From the NCBI GenBank assembly GCA_045128515.1, contig JBGVRO010000010.1:4489-68488 (forward strand): a stretch of 64,000 nucleotides of DNA. Direction: 5' to 3'. Position numbers and translations under genes: made by a program. Below the pieces are notes generated by a model. It had not been told where the DNA came from. It was given only the letters and a program-made list of their open reading frames with translations, and ran no database searches. How positions within the stretch are numbered: position 1 is the stretch's first letter; every line of letters starts with the position of its first letter. The DNA comes from Eubacteriales bacterium. Its GTDB lineage: Bacteria > Bacillota > Clostridia > Oscillospirales > CAG-272. This document shows, piece by piece, positions 35,509 through 43,990 of this stretch.

Positions 35509-37121
35509 AAATGTCAATTAAAGTTGTCATATCCGTGGTTTTGTTGCTATCGATTGCCTTTTCTCTTGCCTCTTGTCACGGAAAAATGACGGAGAAAAGT
35601 GAAAATACAGCCACCGATTATTCGGGTGCTATGACCGAATTCGTTCCACCTGAAAGCTTTGATACTACGAAGAATTATTCTATCACCTTCTGGGCAAAGA
35701 GCGATAGTAACAAGCTACAGACTGCGGTTTATACCAAGGCGGTGGAGGATTTTGAAAGACTCTATCCAAATATCGACGTCACTCTTGTGATTGAAACCGA
35801 TTATCAGAGAATATATCAAAACGTTATCACCAACATTCAGACGGGCACTACTCCCAACGTTTGTATAACCTATCCCGACCATATGGCGACCTACCTTACG
35901 GGTGACAGCCTTATCGTTCCCCTTGAGGGACTTATGAAGGATGACAAATACGGTCTTGGCGGTAGCGCGCTTCTATTTGACGGACCTGATTCGGGTGAGA
36001 TCAGCCCCGAGTTCCTTGGTGAATGCGTTATTAACGGTTATCAGTACGGTCTTCCCTTTATGAGAAGCACAGAGGCTTGTTACGTTAACAAGACCTACGT
36101 TGAGGCTCTTGGCTACGATCTTCCGGAAAAGCTTACATGGGAATTTATCTGGGAGGTCTCTATTGCCGCCGCCAATGAAAAAAATCCCGACGGTACTTAC
36201 AAGGCAAACGGTCAGAGGGTTCTTTTACCATTCATCTACAAATCCACCGACAATATGATGATACAGATGCTTCGTCAGGCGGGTGGAGAGTATTCTAACG
36301 ATCAGGGCGATATTCTTGCTTTTAATCCTACAGCCGAAGAGATACTTCTTGATATTGCAAAGGCTGCCGAGCAGAACGCCTTCTATACCTTCAAAAACGT
36401 TTCTTATCCCGGCAATTACTTTAATGCCGGTCGGTGCATATTCGCTATCGACTCTACTGCAGGCGCAACCTGGATGGGATCAAACTCGCCTCAGAGCGAT
36501 ATTCCCGAATCCAGCAAGGTTGATTTTGAAACCGTGGTTATGGAAATTCCCCAGTATGATACAGACAATCCTCAGATGATTTCTCAGGGCCCCTCGATAT
36601 GCATATTTAATAAGGCGGATAAGGGCGAGGTTCTTGCCTCTTGGCTGTTTACTCAGTATCTGCTTACCAACGAGGTTCAGATCACCTATTCGCAGAGCGA
36701 GGGTTATCTTCCCGTGACTCTTAAGGCACAGCAGAGCACGGAGTTCACCGACTATCTTTCTCGTGCAGGCGAAGATAACGATACCTATTACGACGTTAAG
36801 ATCGCGGCAACCAAGCTGCTTATGGATAACACCGATAACACCTTCATCACTCCTGTTTTCAACGGTTCTCTCTCCCTTCGTAATGCAGCGGGAGGTATGA
36901 TAGAGGATGTTGCAGATGCCGTGAGAGTAGGGAAGAGCATAACACCCTCTTACATCAACAGTCTTTATCGAAAAATGGCATCGCTTTGGAGACTTGACGT
37001 TCCGCTCGGATCATTCCCGATCTCGGCAACGATCCTGCTCGTCAGCCTTGCCGCGGTGTATATCGGTCTCGGAGCATACCTCTTGATTACTTATCTTAAA
37101 AGAAAAAAGCCAAAGGTCTAA
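35505..37121 (+). CDS. Extracellular solute-binding lipoprotein (sugar ABC) with an additional C-terminal TM helix
   Basis: Lipobox SLASC, an SBP family-1-like body and the C-terminus FPISATILLVSLAAVYIGLGAYLLITYLKRKKPKV. The start overlaps the permease stop (GATGA). Confidence 0.82.
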   Translation: MKMSIKVVISVVLLLSIAFSLASCHGKMTEKSENTATDYSGAMTEFVPPESFDTTKNYSITFWAKSDSNKLQTAVYTKAVEDFERLYPNIDVTLVIETDYQRIYQNVITNIQTGTTPNVCITYPDHMATYLTGDSLIVPLEGLMKDDKYGLGGSALLFDGPDSGEISPEFLGECVINGYQYGLPFMRSTEACYVNKTYVEALGYDLPEKLTWEFIWEVSIAAANEKNPDGTYKANGQRVLLPFIYKSTDNMMIQMLRQAGGEYSNDQGDILAFNPTAEEILLDIAKAAEQNAFYTFKNVSYPGNYFNAGRCIFAIDSTAGATWMGSNSPQSDIPESSKVDFETVVMEIPQYDTDNPQMISQGPSICIFNKADKGEVLASWLFTQYLLTNEVQITYSQSEGYLPVTLKAQQSTEFTDYLSRAGEDNDTYYDVKIAATKLLMDNTDNTFITPVFNGSLSLRNAAGGMIEDVADAVRVGKSITPSYINSLYRKMASLWRLDVPLGSFPISATILLVSLAAVYIGLGAYLLITYLKRKKPKV

Positions 37122-37140
37122 TAAAAAAAGTATTTTTGTC

Positions 37141-37168
37141 TTGACTTTATAAGGAAAATGTGTATAAT
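37141..37168 (+). promoter_or_regulatory. Sigma-A type promoter
   Basis: TTGACT, 16 nt, TATAAT, with an upstream TG. Confidence 0.45.
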
Positions 37169-37217
37169 ATTTCTTGTAGCATAAAATATTTTGCTTATTT
37201 AAAAAGGAGAAATTGTA

Positions 37218-37901
37218 ATGAAAAGAATTGTTTCTTTGTTGGTTTTGGTAGTTCTTCTTGTTTCGCTTGTTTCTTGCAACAAGTCTATGAGCTACAAAGA
37301 GTACTGCGACGCTGCTATGGACGCAGAGGTTACCGTTGATATGTATGTTCAGGATCATCAGTCCTGGTGGGACAACAAGATCACCGTTTACGCGGCTGAT
37401 AAGGATGGCGCTTATTTCCTTTACGAGATGGCTTGCTCCGAGGAGGATGCGGCAAAGCTTACTCCCGGTACTAAGATCAGAGTTACCGGTACTAAGGGTG
37501 CGTATGCAGGCGAGATTGAGATCATGAACGCTACCTTCGAGTTCATTGGTAAGGATACCTACGTTGCTCCTGCAAAGGACGTTACCTCTCTTGTTGGCAA
37601 GGACGCTCTTGCTGACGATATGAACAAGCTTGTATCTCTTAAGGGTATGACCGTTGTTGCTACAGAGGACGGTGCTGCGTTTGAGTATCAGGGCGGCATT
37701 CGCGGCAAGGACATTTACTTCACACTTTCCAACGGCACTGACACCATTAGCTGCTGCATTGAGTCCTACCTTACCGGCGCAGACTCCGACGTTTACAAGG
37801 CTGTTGAGGCGCTTAAGGTTGGTGATACTGTTGACGTAGAGGGCTTCCTTTATTGGTACAACGGTGCAAATCCTCACATCACTAAGGTAGAGGTTAAGTA
37901 A
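37218..37901 (+). CDS. Small lipoprotein with two OB-fold-like modules, related to the modules of the 819-aa lipoprotein
   Basis: Lipobox LVSC. The segments KIRVTGTKGAYAGEIEIMNATFEFI and VGDTVDVEGFLYWYNGANPHI resemble the 31052-33511 repeats. Confidence 0.62.
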   Translation: MKRIVSLLVLVVLLVSLVSCNKSMSYKEYCDAAMDAEVTVDMYVQDHQSWWDNKITVYAADKDGAYFLYEMACSEEDAAKLTPGTKIRVTGTKGAYAGEIEIMNATFEFIGKDTYVAPAKDVTSLVGKDALADDMNKLVSLKGMTVVATEDGAAFEYQGGIRGKDIYFTLSNGTDTISCCIESYLTGADSDVYKAVEALKVGDTVDVEGFLYWYNGANPHITKVEVK

Positions 37902-37914
37902 TTTTTTCTAAAAT

Positions 37915-37946
37915 AAAAAAAGAACCCGAATCGGGTTCTTTTTTTA
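37915..37946. terminator. Bidirectional intrinsic terminator
   Basis: aaaaaaagaacccg-aat-cgggttcttttttt. Confidence 0.78.
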
Positions 37947-37950
37947 TCGT

Positions 37951-38625
37951 TTAGTTTGTTTGTTCGGAATCTTCGTTTGTAGCTTCCGCACTCTGCTGTG
38001 GAGCAGAGGGCTTTTTACCCTTTCTGTTGAAGGTCTTTTCCGCTACTTCAATAATTTTAACCATTACGGGGCTGAGCACGATGCTCATTCCTATCTCGAA
38101 CAGGAAGTTACCGAATGCAAGAGCGGTGAATACCGCCATGCCGGACACGTTAAGCTGAAGCAGGTCGGCAATTTCGTTTGCGTAAGGCATAAAGAATATG
38201 ATACAACCAAGCAGGAAAATGCCAGTATTGACTATGGGACATACGATTGCAGATGTAATAACGGCTACAGTACGGTTGTGCTTTTCAAGCAGACGATTTA
38301 CGTAGCCTGCAACAAATCCGCAGCCTGCACCCTTTACCACCACCGTGATGATCGTACCTATAATGTTAAATATGAAGAAGAGATTTGCCCCACCTGTGAT
38401 CATGACCACAAGTCCGAATACAAGTCCAAGCCATGCTCCTATAACGGGTCCGCAAAGCACCGCGCCTATGACGATGGGTATAAGACCTATAGCGGTAGAG
38501 AAGGGACCAAAGAAGGTGGTGTATGTAGCCAAACATTGAAATACTATAACAAGAGAGGTCATAAGCGCTGACATAACCAGGGTCTTAGTTGACATTACTT
38601 GCTTTTTTGCGTTTCCGATATTCAT
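37951..38625 (-). CDS. ECF-transporter S-component-like membrane protein, substrate unknown
   Basis: About six TM helices, small size (224 aa) and Gly-rich helices like RibU/FolT-type S components. The start is at the ATG at 38625 behind gaggagt. The call rests only on overall resemblance. Confidence 0.5.
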   Translation of the reverse strand: MNIGNAKKQVMSTKTLVMSALMTSLVIVFQCLATYTTFFGPFSTAIGLIPIVIGAVLCGPVIGAWLGLVFGLVVMITGGANLFFIFNIIGTIITVVVKGAGCGFVAGYVNRLLEKHNRTVAVITSAIVCPIVNTGIFLLGCIIFFMPYANEIADLLQLNVSGMAVFTALAFGNFLFEIGMSIVLSPVMVKIIEVAEKTFNRKGKKPSAPQQSAEATNEDSEQTN

Positions 38626-38725
38626 AATATTACTCCTCTGCATTGCTAACCGCAGGTTATGCAAAGCATAAATTGTTCAAAAATGATCTGTTTTTTGAGC
38701 TTGGTATATTATAGCACAATAAAAT

Positions 38726-38762
38726 AAAAAAGTCAAATGTTTCTTTCACATTTGACTTTTTT
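38726..38762. terminator. Bidirectional intrinsic terminator
   Basis: aaaaaagtcaaatgt-ttctttc-acatttgactttttt. Confidence 0.72.
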
Positions 38763-38767
38763 GATAT

Positions 38768-39640
38768 TTAATTAAATTTTACCGATCCTGCCCACTTTAA
38801 AATGTCATCAGAATACTTTTTAGCGGACTTGGTTTCTACTATAAAATCTATCATCCAAAAACTGTTTCCGTTTTTATAAACATAGGCGTAATGTGTAAAG
38901 GACTCTCCACTTTCGTAAACGTAATATGTTAGATCGCCGTTAGTAATCACTGGGCTGTTTGTCATAAGTTTAGCATAATCTGCCTCGGTAAGGTGTGCAT
39001 TAGCACTATCTTCCATTCCTTCGTCTGTCGAAACAAATACAGCAACATTTTTTGAGCCGTAAACAGCATAATATCCAATATCGTGTTGTGTCTCAAATCC
39101 TTCGTTAAGCGTGATACTCATAGGTCCTGCAGTAAAGACCTTCTCACGCGACTCTAAGCCTGACATAACTCCCGCCATGCCAAAGTAACCTACCAAAACA
39201 CCTACGATTGCAGCGGCAATAATTACGAAAACGCCCTTACCGGTGCTCTTTTTTCTGTTGGCAGTCATATTAACGTCATTATCGTTGAAGCGAAAGGCGT
39301 TGCCTGCCATAGGATTGAATTTATTCTTTCCCGAGAGTGAGATATCCTCATCGCCTGCTTTAATGGGGTAACAGTCGTTGCAGAAATCCTTGCTTGCCTT
39401 GTCGGCAATAACGAAGATCATAGCAGCATCGTTACCGATCTCGAAGGTAGCCTCTTCACCGTTCTTGATCTCGCCAAGCTTACGGCAGCTTATCTTTTCA
39501 ACCTTCTTCTCGCCGGTCTCTGTGTCAACGGTGTGAAGGGGCATTTCCAGCTCGTTTGACTGAAAGTCGGAAATGTATACTTGCATTTTTGCGGCACAGC
39601 CAACGAAGCTTTTTTCTCTCTTTATACTAAGTTTTCTCAT
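38768..39640 (-). CDS. Hypothetical single-pass membrane protein, last gene of the TIR/PP2C operon
   Basis: RBS ggagg, a central TM (VFVIIAAAIVGVLVGYFGMAGV), a ~130-aa N-terminal domain and a ~135-aa C-terminal domain. Confidence 0.6.
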   Translation of the reverse strand: MRKLSIKREKSFVGCAAKMQVYISDFQSNELEMPLHTVDTETGEKKVEKISCRKLGEIKNGEEATFEIGNDAAMIFVIADKASKDFCNDCYPIKAGDEDISLSGKNKFNPMAGNAFRFNDNDVNMTANRKKSTGKGVFVIIAAAIVGVLVGYFGMAGVMSGLESREKVFTAGPMSITLNEGFETQHDIGYYAVYGSKNVAVFVSTDEGMEDSANAHLTEADYAKLMTNSPVITNGDLTYYVYESGESFTHYAYVYKNGNSFWMIDFIVETKSAKKYSDDILKWAGSVKFN

Positions 39641-39666
39641 TTTGAAGCCTCCAAATGTTGTTTTGT

Positions 39667-40473
39667 TTAGAACTGAAGCTTGATTAACGTTTTATCATCG
39701 GCATAGCTTGCGAAGGGCGGAGCATCGTATATTCCGGAGTCTGCGATTATTTCTTCGGGACTCTTGGTTATAAGATCAACAGCCTTTTCGTACTTAAGAT
39801 AATCGGCTATACCGTCGCTGGCGAGGAAGAGAAGATCACCCTCGCGAAGGTCTATTAAAGCGTACTGAACTCCGTCCATAACCACCTCGTCACCGTTAAA
39901 CACGGTGTATGACAGATGATTTTCGGGGTGGTTACAGTATAAGGCATACCGTTCGCTCTTGGTTGCCTTACAGAGATCGACAGCCTTGACGGTCAGCTCT
40001 CTGCCGAAAATGATCTTGGAGTTGTAACGTATCAGAAGACCGATACAGTCACCAACACAGAGATAATGCAGAGTTTTGCCGCGCAATATGGATATGATTC
40101 CAAGTGTAGAGGGGAAGAAGCTCCATTCCGCGGCGTTTTTTTTGCTACGGTATCTGCGTATCTCCTCATTCGCGATTTTTACAGCATTTTCAAGGATTTT
40201 TCTGGGATCAGGCTCGGACAGATGGTCACAAATATAGGTGTAGACCTCCTTGAGAAAAATATCTCCAACATCGCCTGCGGCACTCTCATAGGGAGCAGCC
40301 TCGTATTCATCGTGAGGTCTGGTCACTCCGTCTAAAACTATGAAAATACCGCGCTCCTTATCAACGAGAAGCCTGTCTTCGTTTGGCTTATCAAGCCCTC
40401 TGCCGTGGGGCTTGGTCGCATATTCTACGTAAAGGGCGTTTTTCATTAATAACATCGCTAAATCAATCTCCAA
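39667..40473 (-). CDS. PP2C-family (PPM) Ser/Thr phosphatase
   Basis: Motifs NEDRLLV, FIVLDGVT, VGDCIG, LFLASDGI and DDKTLI. The start is uncertain: the ATG at 40473 overlaps the upstream gene by 11 nt, and an alternative ATG lies at 40455. Confidence 0.75.
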   Translation of the reverse strand: MEIDLAMLLMKNALYVEYATKPHGRGLDKPNEDRLLVDKERGIFIVLDGVTRPHDEYEAAPYESAAGDVGDIFLKEVYTYICDHLSEPDPRKILENAVKIANEEIRRYRSKKNAAEWSFFPSTLGIISILRGKTLHYLCVGDCIGLLIRYNSKIIFGRELTVKAVDLCKATKSERYALYCNHPENHLSYTVFNGDEVVMDGVQYALIDLREGDLLFLASDGIADYLKYEKAVDLITKSPEEIIADSGIYDAPPFASYADDKTLIKLQF

Positions 40474-41962
40474 TGATTATTTCTGAGAACTTGTTTGTAA
40501 TCGAGTTAACAAGGGTGTCAATATGGGTAATATCCGAGTCACCCTTCTCGGGGAATTTGTGAGTGAATACCTCGCTGTCATCAAAGAAGTTGAGGAATGT
40601 CTTCATATTTTTTCCGGATAAGTAATAATTCTTCGGATCAACCGCGTGTCTTTCAACCAAAAGGTCTGATAGCATTTTTGAGGGAGGGATATTTCCTTCA
40701 AGGTTAACGAAGAAATGCTCCTTTTTATACTCCTCGGTGATCTTTATCTCCTCGCACACCGATTCGGTAGACATAACTCGCTTGCTTAAATAGAATACAA
40801 CGCCTTGGCAATCCTCGCTGCCGATACCCTTGGCGATCTGACCCTTCCAGTCTAATCCCTGAGTCAGTCTTTCGTCATATCTGAAGGGAACCTTGCGCTT
40901 GTAAAGCTCGATAAGATCACAGTATACCGACTTAAAGTCCTTTGAGGAATAGCAAACGAAGAAGAACTTATCTCCACGGCGTAAGTCGGGAAGGGGAGGG
41001 AGGATCGATGCCGAAACACAGTGATCCTGGTCGGATGCCTCTAAAATTGCCTTTTTACGTCTTTCAAGCTCCTCTAAGCTAGCGGGGAATCTGGGCGACG
41101 CCTTTCTGTCGATAACGTCATCCATATATTCCTTAAATTCCTCGTATTTTGCTCTCTCCTTTTCAAGATAGCGATTTCTGTTGTAATAAATATTGTAAAG
41201 ATATACGTCAGCCTGCTCGTCGATAAGCGCCGTAGCCTCGTCCCTTGCATCTATAAGCTGTTCTGTGTTCATTCCCTCACGTACTGCGGATAAGAAGGTC
41301 AACTGCGCTTTAAGGAAATAATATTTGGGATATGCGGGATTGAATGCTATTGCTCGGTCTATATATTGCTTTGCAAGTGCGATGTCATTGCCTTTGAGAG
41401 AGGGCTCTCTCTTTCTGAGCATAATGCATACAGTGGATGCGTACGAGATCAAAAGTCCTACGTTCTCGACCCCTCTGCTGCCAAGCACATTGATGGCAAG
41501 TTTGTCACAGGAAAGCGCTTTCTTAAAATTGTCAACTCGCTTAAAATATCGGGAATACACCTCGAAATGTAAAGCAAAGTTTCCAAAAATGTCATATTTT
41601 GCCGAAGTAAGGCTTAAAAGCCCTTCTTGGTTATCCTCTTTTTTGTAGATAAGTGAGAGGGCATAATAGGCTGCAAAGTAGATGTTTTCCTTGGCGTCAT
41701 AGTCAGCGTCAGCCTCTGCAAGTGAAAGTATTTCCTCAAGGCATAAAGAAAGCTCCTTAGGCGCGGTTTCAACAAAAACGTCCATCGCTAAGGTAAAATC
41801 GTATTTCTCAACGGTAAATTCATCGGTGATGATTCGAAGCACTTGGCAGATCGGATCAATTCGTCCATCTTCATCACTCCAATCGATGTTTAAGGAGGTA
41901 ATAGTTTTCCTTACGAATGCCTTTACGTCATCCTGCAATCTCTGATTGTTACTCATAGCCAC
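40463..41962 (-). CDS. TPR-like helical-repeat protein with a C-terminal TIR-like domain
   Basis: The N-terminal ~300 aa are helical repeats. Residues ~335-470 read FFFVCYSSKDFKSVYCDLIELYKRKVPFRYDERLTQGLDWKGQIAKGI..CQGVVFYLSKRVMSTESVCEEI. This matches the bacterial TIR pattern (F.SYS.KD....L...L......D.....G..W...I...I.....V..S......S.W...E). Confidence 0.62.
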   Translation of the reverse strand: MAMSNNQRLQDDVKAFVRKTITSLNIDWSDEDGRIDPICQVLRIITDEFTVEKYDFTLAMDVFVETAPKELSLCLEEILSLAEADADYDAKENIYFAAYYALSLIYKKEDNQEGLLSLTSAKYDIFGNFALHFEVYSRYFKRVDNFKKALSCDKLAINVLGSRGVENVGLLISYASTVCIMLRKREPSLKGNDIALAKQYIDRAIAFNPAYPKYYFLKAQLTFLSAVREGMNTEQLIDARDEATALIDEQADVYLYNIYYNRNRYLEKERAKYEEFKEYMDDVIDRKASPRFPASLEELERRKKAILEASDQDHCVSASILPPLPDLRRGDKFFFVCYSSKDFKSVYCDLIELYKRKVPFRYDERLTQGLDWKGQIAKGIGSEDCQGVVFYLSKRVMSTESVCEEIKITEEYKKEHFFVNLEGNIPPSKMLSDLLVERHAVDPKNYYLSGKNMKTFLNFFDDSEVFTHKFPEKGDSDITHIDTLVNSITNKFSEIIIGD

Positions 41963-41985
41963 CTCTCAAAGTCTTAATCACAGTA

Positions 41986-42014
41986 ATTATATCACTTATA
42001 TGTCGAATTGTCAA
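41986..42014 (-). promoter_or_regulatory. Consensus sigma-A promoter of the TIR/PP2C operon
   Basis: On the minus strand: TTGACA, 17 nt, TATAAT (both hexamers perfect), ending ~24 nt upstream of the ATG. Confidence 0.65.
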
Positions 42015-42026
42015 CTTTTTTGTTAA

Positions 42027-42064
42027 ATGAAAAACAGCAACCGAGAAAAAACTCGATTGCTGTC
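42027..42064 (-). terminator. Intrinsic terminator of the protease gene
   Basis: On the minus strand: acagcaatcgag-tttttt-ctcggttgctgt followed by ttttc. Confidence 0.6.
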
Positions 42065-42079
42065 AGCTTGTATTTTGCT

Positions 42080-43078
42080 TTAGTTGTAAACGTATGTATT
42101 CAAAAACTCCCATATTTTCTCTGCGGGAATAGCATAACTGATATCGTTGTCACCGGTCGAGCCCGCATAATTAACGCCCACAACGTCAAGGTTACTGTTG
42201 AGCAATGGACCGCCGCTTGATCCTCCCTTGATGTCGGCATTGTGTCTTATTACGTCAAAGGTTACGTTGCTTTCATTTTTAGGTGTATCGTCAAGAGTTA
42301 TGGCCTTGTATTCCTTTACTTTACCAAAGGTAATAGTATTAGTCTGTCCGTCGGGTGTGCCGAGGGAAATTACGTCATCCTGAAGATGGGGATTTGTTCT
42401 CAAAATTTCAAGAGGCTTTACCTCTGTGCTACCCGATTTGAAGTAAATGCAGGCTAAATCGTAGTCCGCAGACTTCGCTTCTTTATTTTTGCTCGGGTTG
42501 GTGTAAAGCTGTGCTGTGTACTGATTTCCCTTGTAATCGGTAACCCTGATCCTCATTTTGTCATATCCGGACGGCCCTTCCACTACGTGGCAATTTGTCA
42601 GTATGTAGTAATATCCGTCGTTTTCGCTGATGCAGAAGCCGGATCCGAGATACCAACCGGTCTTGTCGGTTTCTATCATTCCCCAAAGGACCTCATTGTA
42701 ATACTGGCACTCGATCTTAACGATGCTTTTCATAGCATTTTGAGAAATTTCATTGGTGATCTTCCCGGCATCAAGCTCAAACTTTGCATATAAGGTCAGA
42801 TCCGAGTGTACCTCCTCCGAAAAGTCGTATCTCTCGGTGCACGCATAGTTGGAGAACCAACCGAGAAAAACATAGTTTTTCTTTACAGGATCAGCGGGCA
42901 TTGAAACCCTGTCGCCGTCATTGACGTAAATCACGCTTGAGTTGTTAGCGTTGTATACGAAGGCTACCTCCCAGCTACCCTTGGGGCGGTCTGACGCACC
43001 GTCATTTTTGCCACAGGATATCATCAGGCAACAAACGAGGCAGCTAAGGATCAAAAGCAAAAGGAACTGTTTCTTCAT
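42080..43078 (-). CDS. Trypsin-like (S1) serine protease lipoprotein with a Listeria-Bacteroides repeat
   Basis: Lipobox LMISCG. The repeat is Y.FLGWF.........DF...V..DLTLYAKF. The catalytic triad contexts are TNCHVV (His), DLACIYF (Asp) and GGSSGGPL (Ser). Confidence 0.8.
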   Translation of the reverse strand: MKKQFLLLLILSCLVCCLMISCGKNDGASDRPKGSWEVAFVYNANNSSVIYVNDGDRVSMPADPVKKNYVFLGWFSNYACTERYDFSEEVHSDLTLYAKFELDAGKITNEISQNAMKSIVKIECQYYNEVLWGMIETDKTGWYLGSGFCISENDGYYYILTNCHVVEGPSGYDKMRIRVTDYKGNQYTAQLYTNPSKNKEAKSADYDLACIYFKSGSTEVKPLEILRTNPHLQDDVISLGTPDGQTNTITFGKVKEYKAITLDDTPKNESNVTFDVIRHNADIKGGSSGGPLLNSNLDVVGVNYAGSTGDNDISYAIPAEKIWEFLNTYVYN

Positions 43079-43372
43079 TCGTCTCTCCTTCCATGAGTGA
43101 AATAAGGCGATATATCTCGCAATGTTAGTTTATTGAATTATAACACAAAATTCGAAAAATATCAACAAAAAACTGTAGTTTATACAAAAAAGTAACACCA
43201 CGGACGAATGTTAACAAAAAATTAACATTTTGATTTTTTTAATTATAATATGTCAATTAAGGGGTAAAGTTATTTACTAAAAGCAACATTATTCCTTTTT
43301 TTGTGCTATCATATAAATCCACGTATATTTATATGCGCGTGAAAATATTACTTAAGAAATGGAGGTGAGTTC

Positions 43373-43981
43373 ATGTTCGGTAGCATAAAGGAAGTATGGG
43401 GCGGTGAGATGAAGAAGATCACAATGTCTATTATGATAATTTTTCTTTGCCTTACGTCTGTTGTCGGCGTTACTTGGGCGTTGTTTACACACAGCAACGA
43501 CGGCAAGATCGGTATAAATACAACCAGCGGCTATATTGACATGGATATCGTTGATACGAATGGGGACTCACTTGTTGATAAGGTTCTTGAATTTGAATCC
43601 GGTGTCGACAACAGAGAAACGATTTACTTTGAACCTGGCGCAACCTTCCATACCCAGGGCTTTAAGGTTGTGAACAACGGTAATATAAATGTTAATTACC
43701 GTGTTTACATCAGTAACGATGAGACTGAAAACATGGAGTCATTCAACAAGGCGTTCGAGCTTTGGATCTGCGAGGATCTGAGCAAGATAAACGAGGCGAA
43801 GAAGATAACCGAGTTTGAGGGAACTCTCGGTCCTGAGGAAAGCGGCAAGGTTTACTATCTTGTAATCAGGATGAAGGAAAGCGCAGGCAATGAATTCCAA
43901 AACAAGGTTTACAGCGGTATCGGAATAACCGTGTACGCAGTACAGGGTAACGTTAATATAAACAGCATTCCGCACGATTAA
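43373..43981 (+). CDS. TasA/camelysin-like small subunit with a SipW-class signal peptide
   Basis: ..IIFLCLTSVVGVTWALFTHSNDG...TSGYIDMDI, and the domain-closing motif AGNEFQNKVYSGIGITVYAVQ. RBS ggaggtga. Confidence 0.8.
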   Translation: MFGSIKEVWGGEMKKITMSIMIIFLCLTSVVGVTWALFTHSNDGKIGINTTSGYIDMDIVDTNGDSLVDKVLEFESGVDNRETIYFEPGATFHTQGFKVVNNGNINVNYRVYISNDETENMESFNKAFELWICEDLSKINEAKKITEFEGTLGPEESGKVYYLVIRMKESAGNEFQNKVYSGIGITVYAVQGNVNINSIPHD

Positions 43982-43990
43982 GGAGTTTGT

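Noticed and set aside
42080-43078. Including the trypsin-like protease as a fourth component of the TIR/PP2C module.
   Set aside because: A good intrinsic terminator (42027-42064) and a separate consensus promoter (41986-42014) lie between it and the TIR gene. It is a secreted lipoprotein, so co-function is not supported by the sequence.
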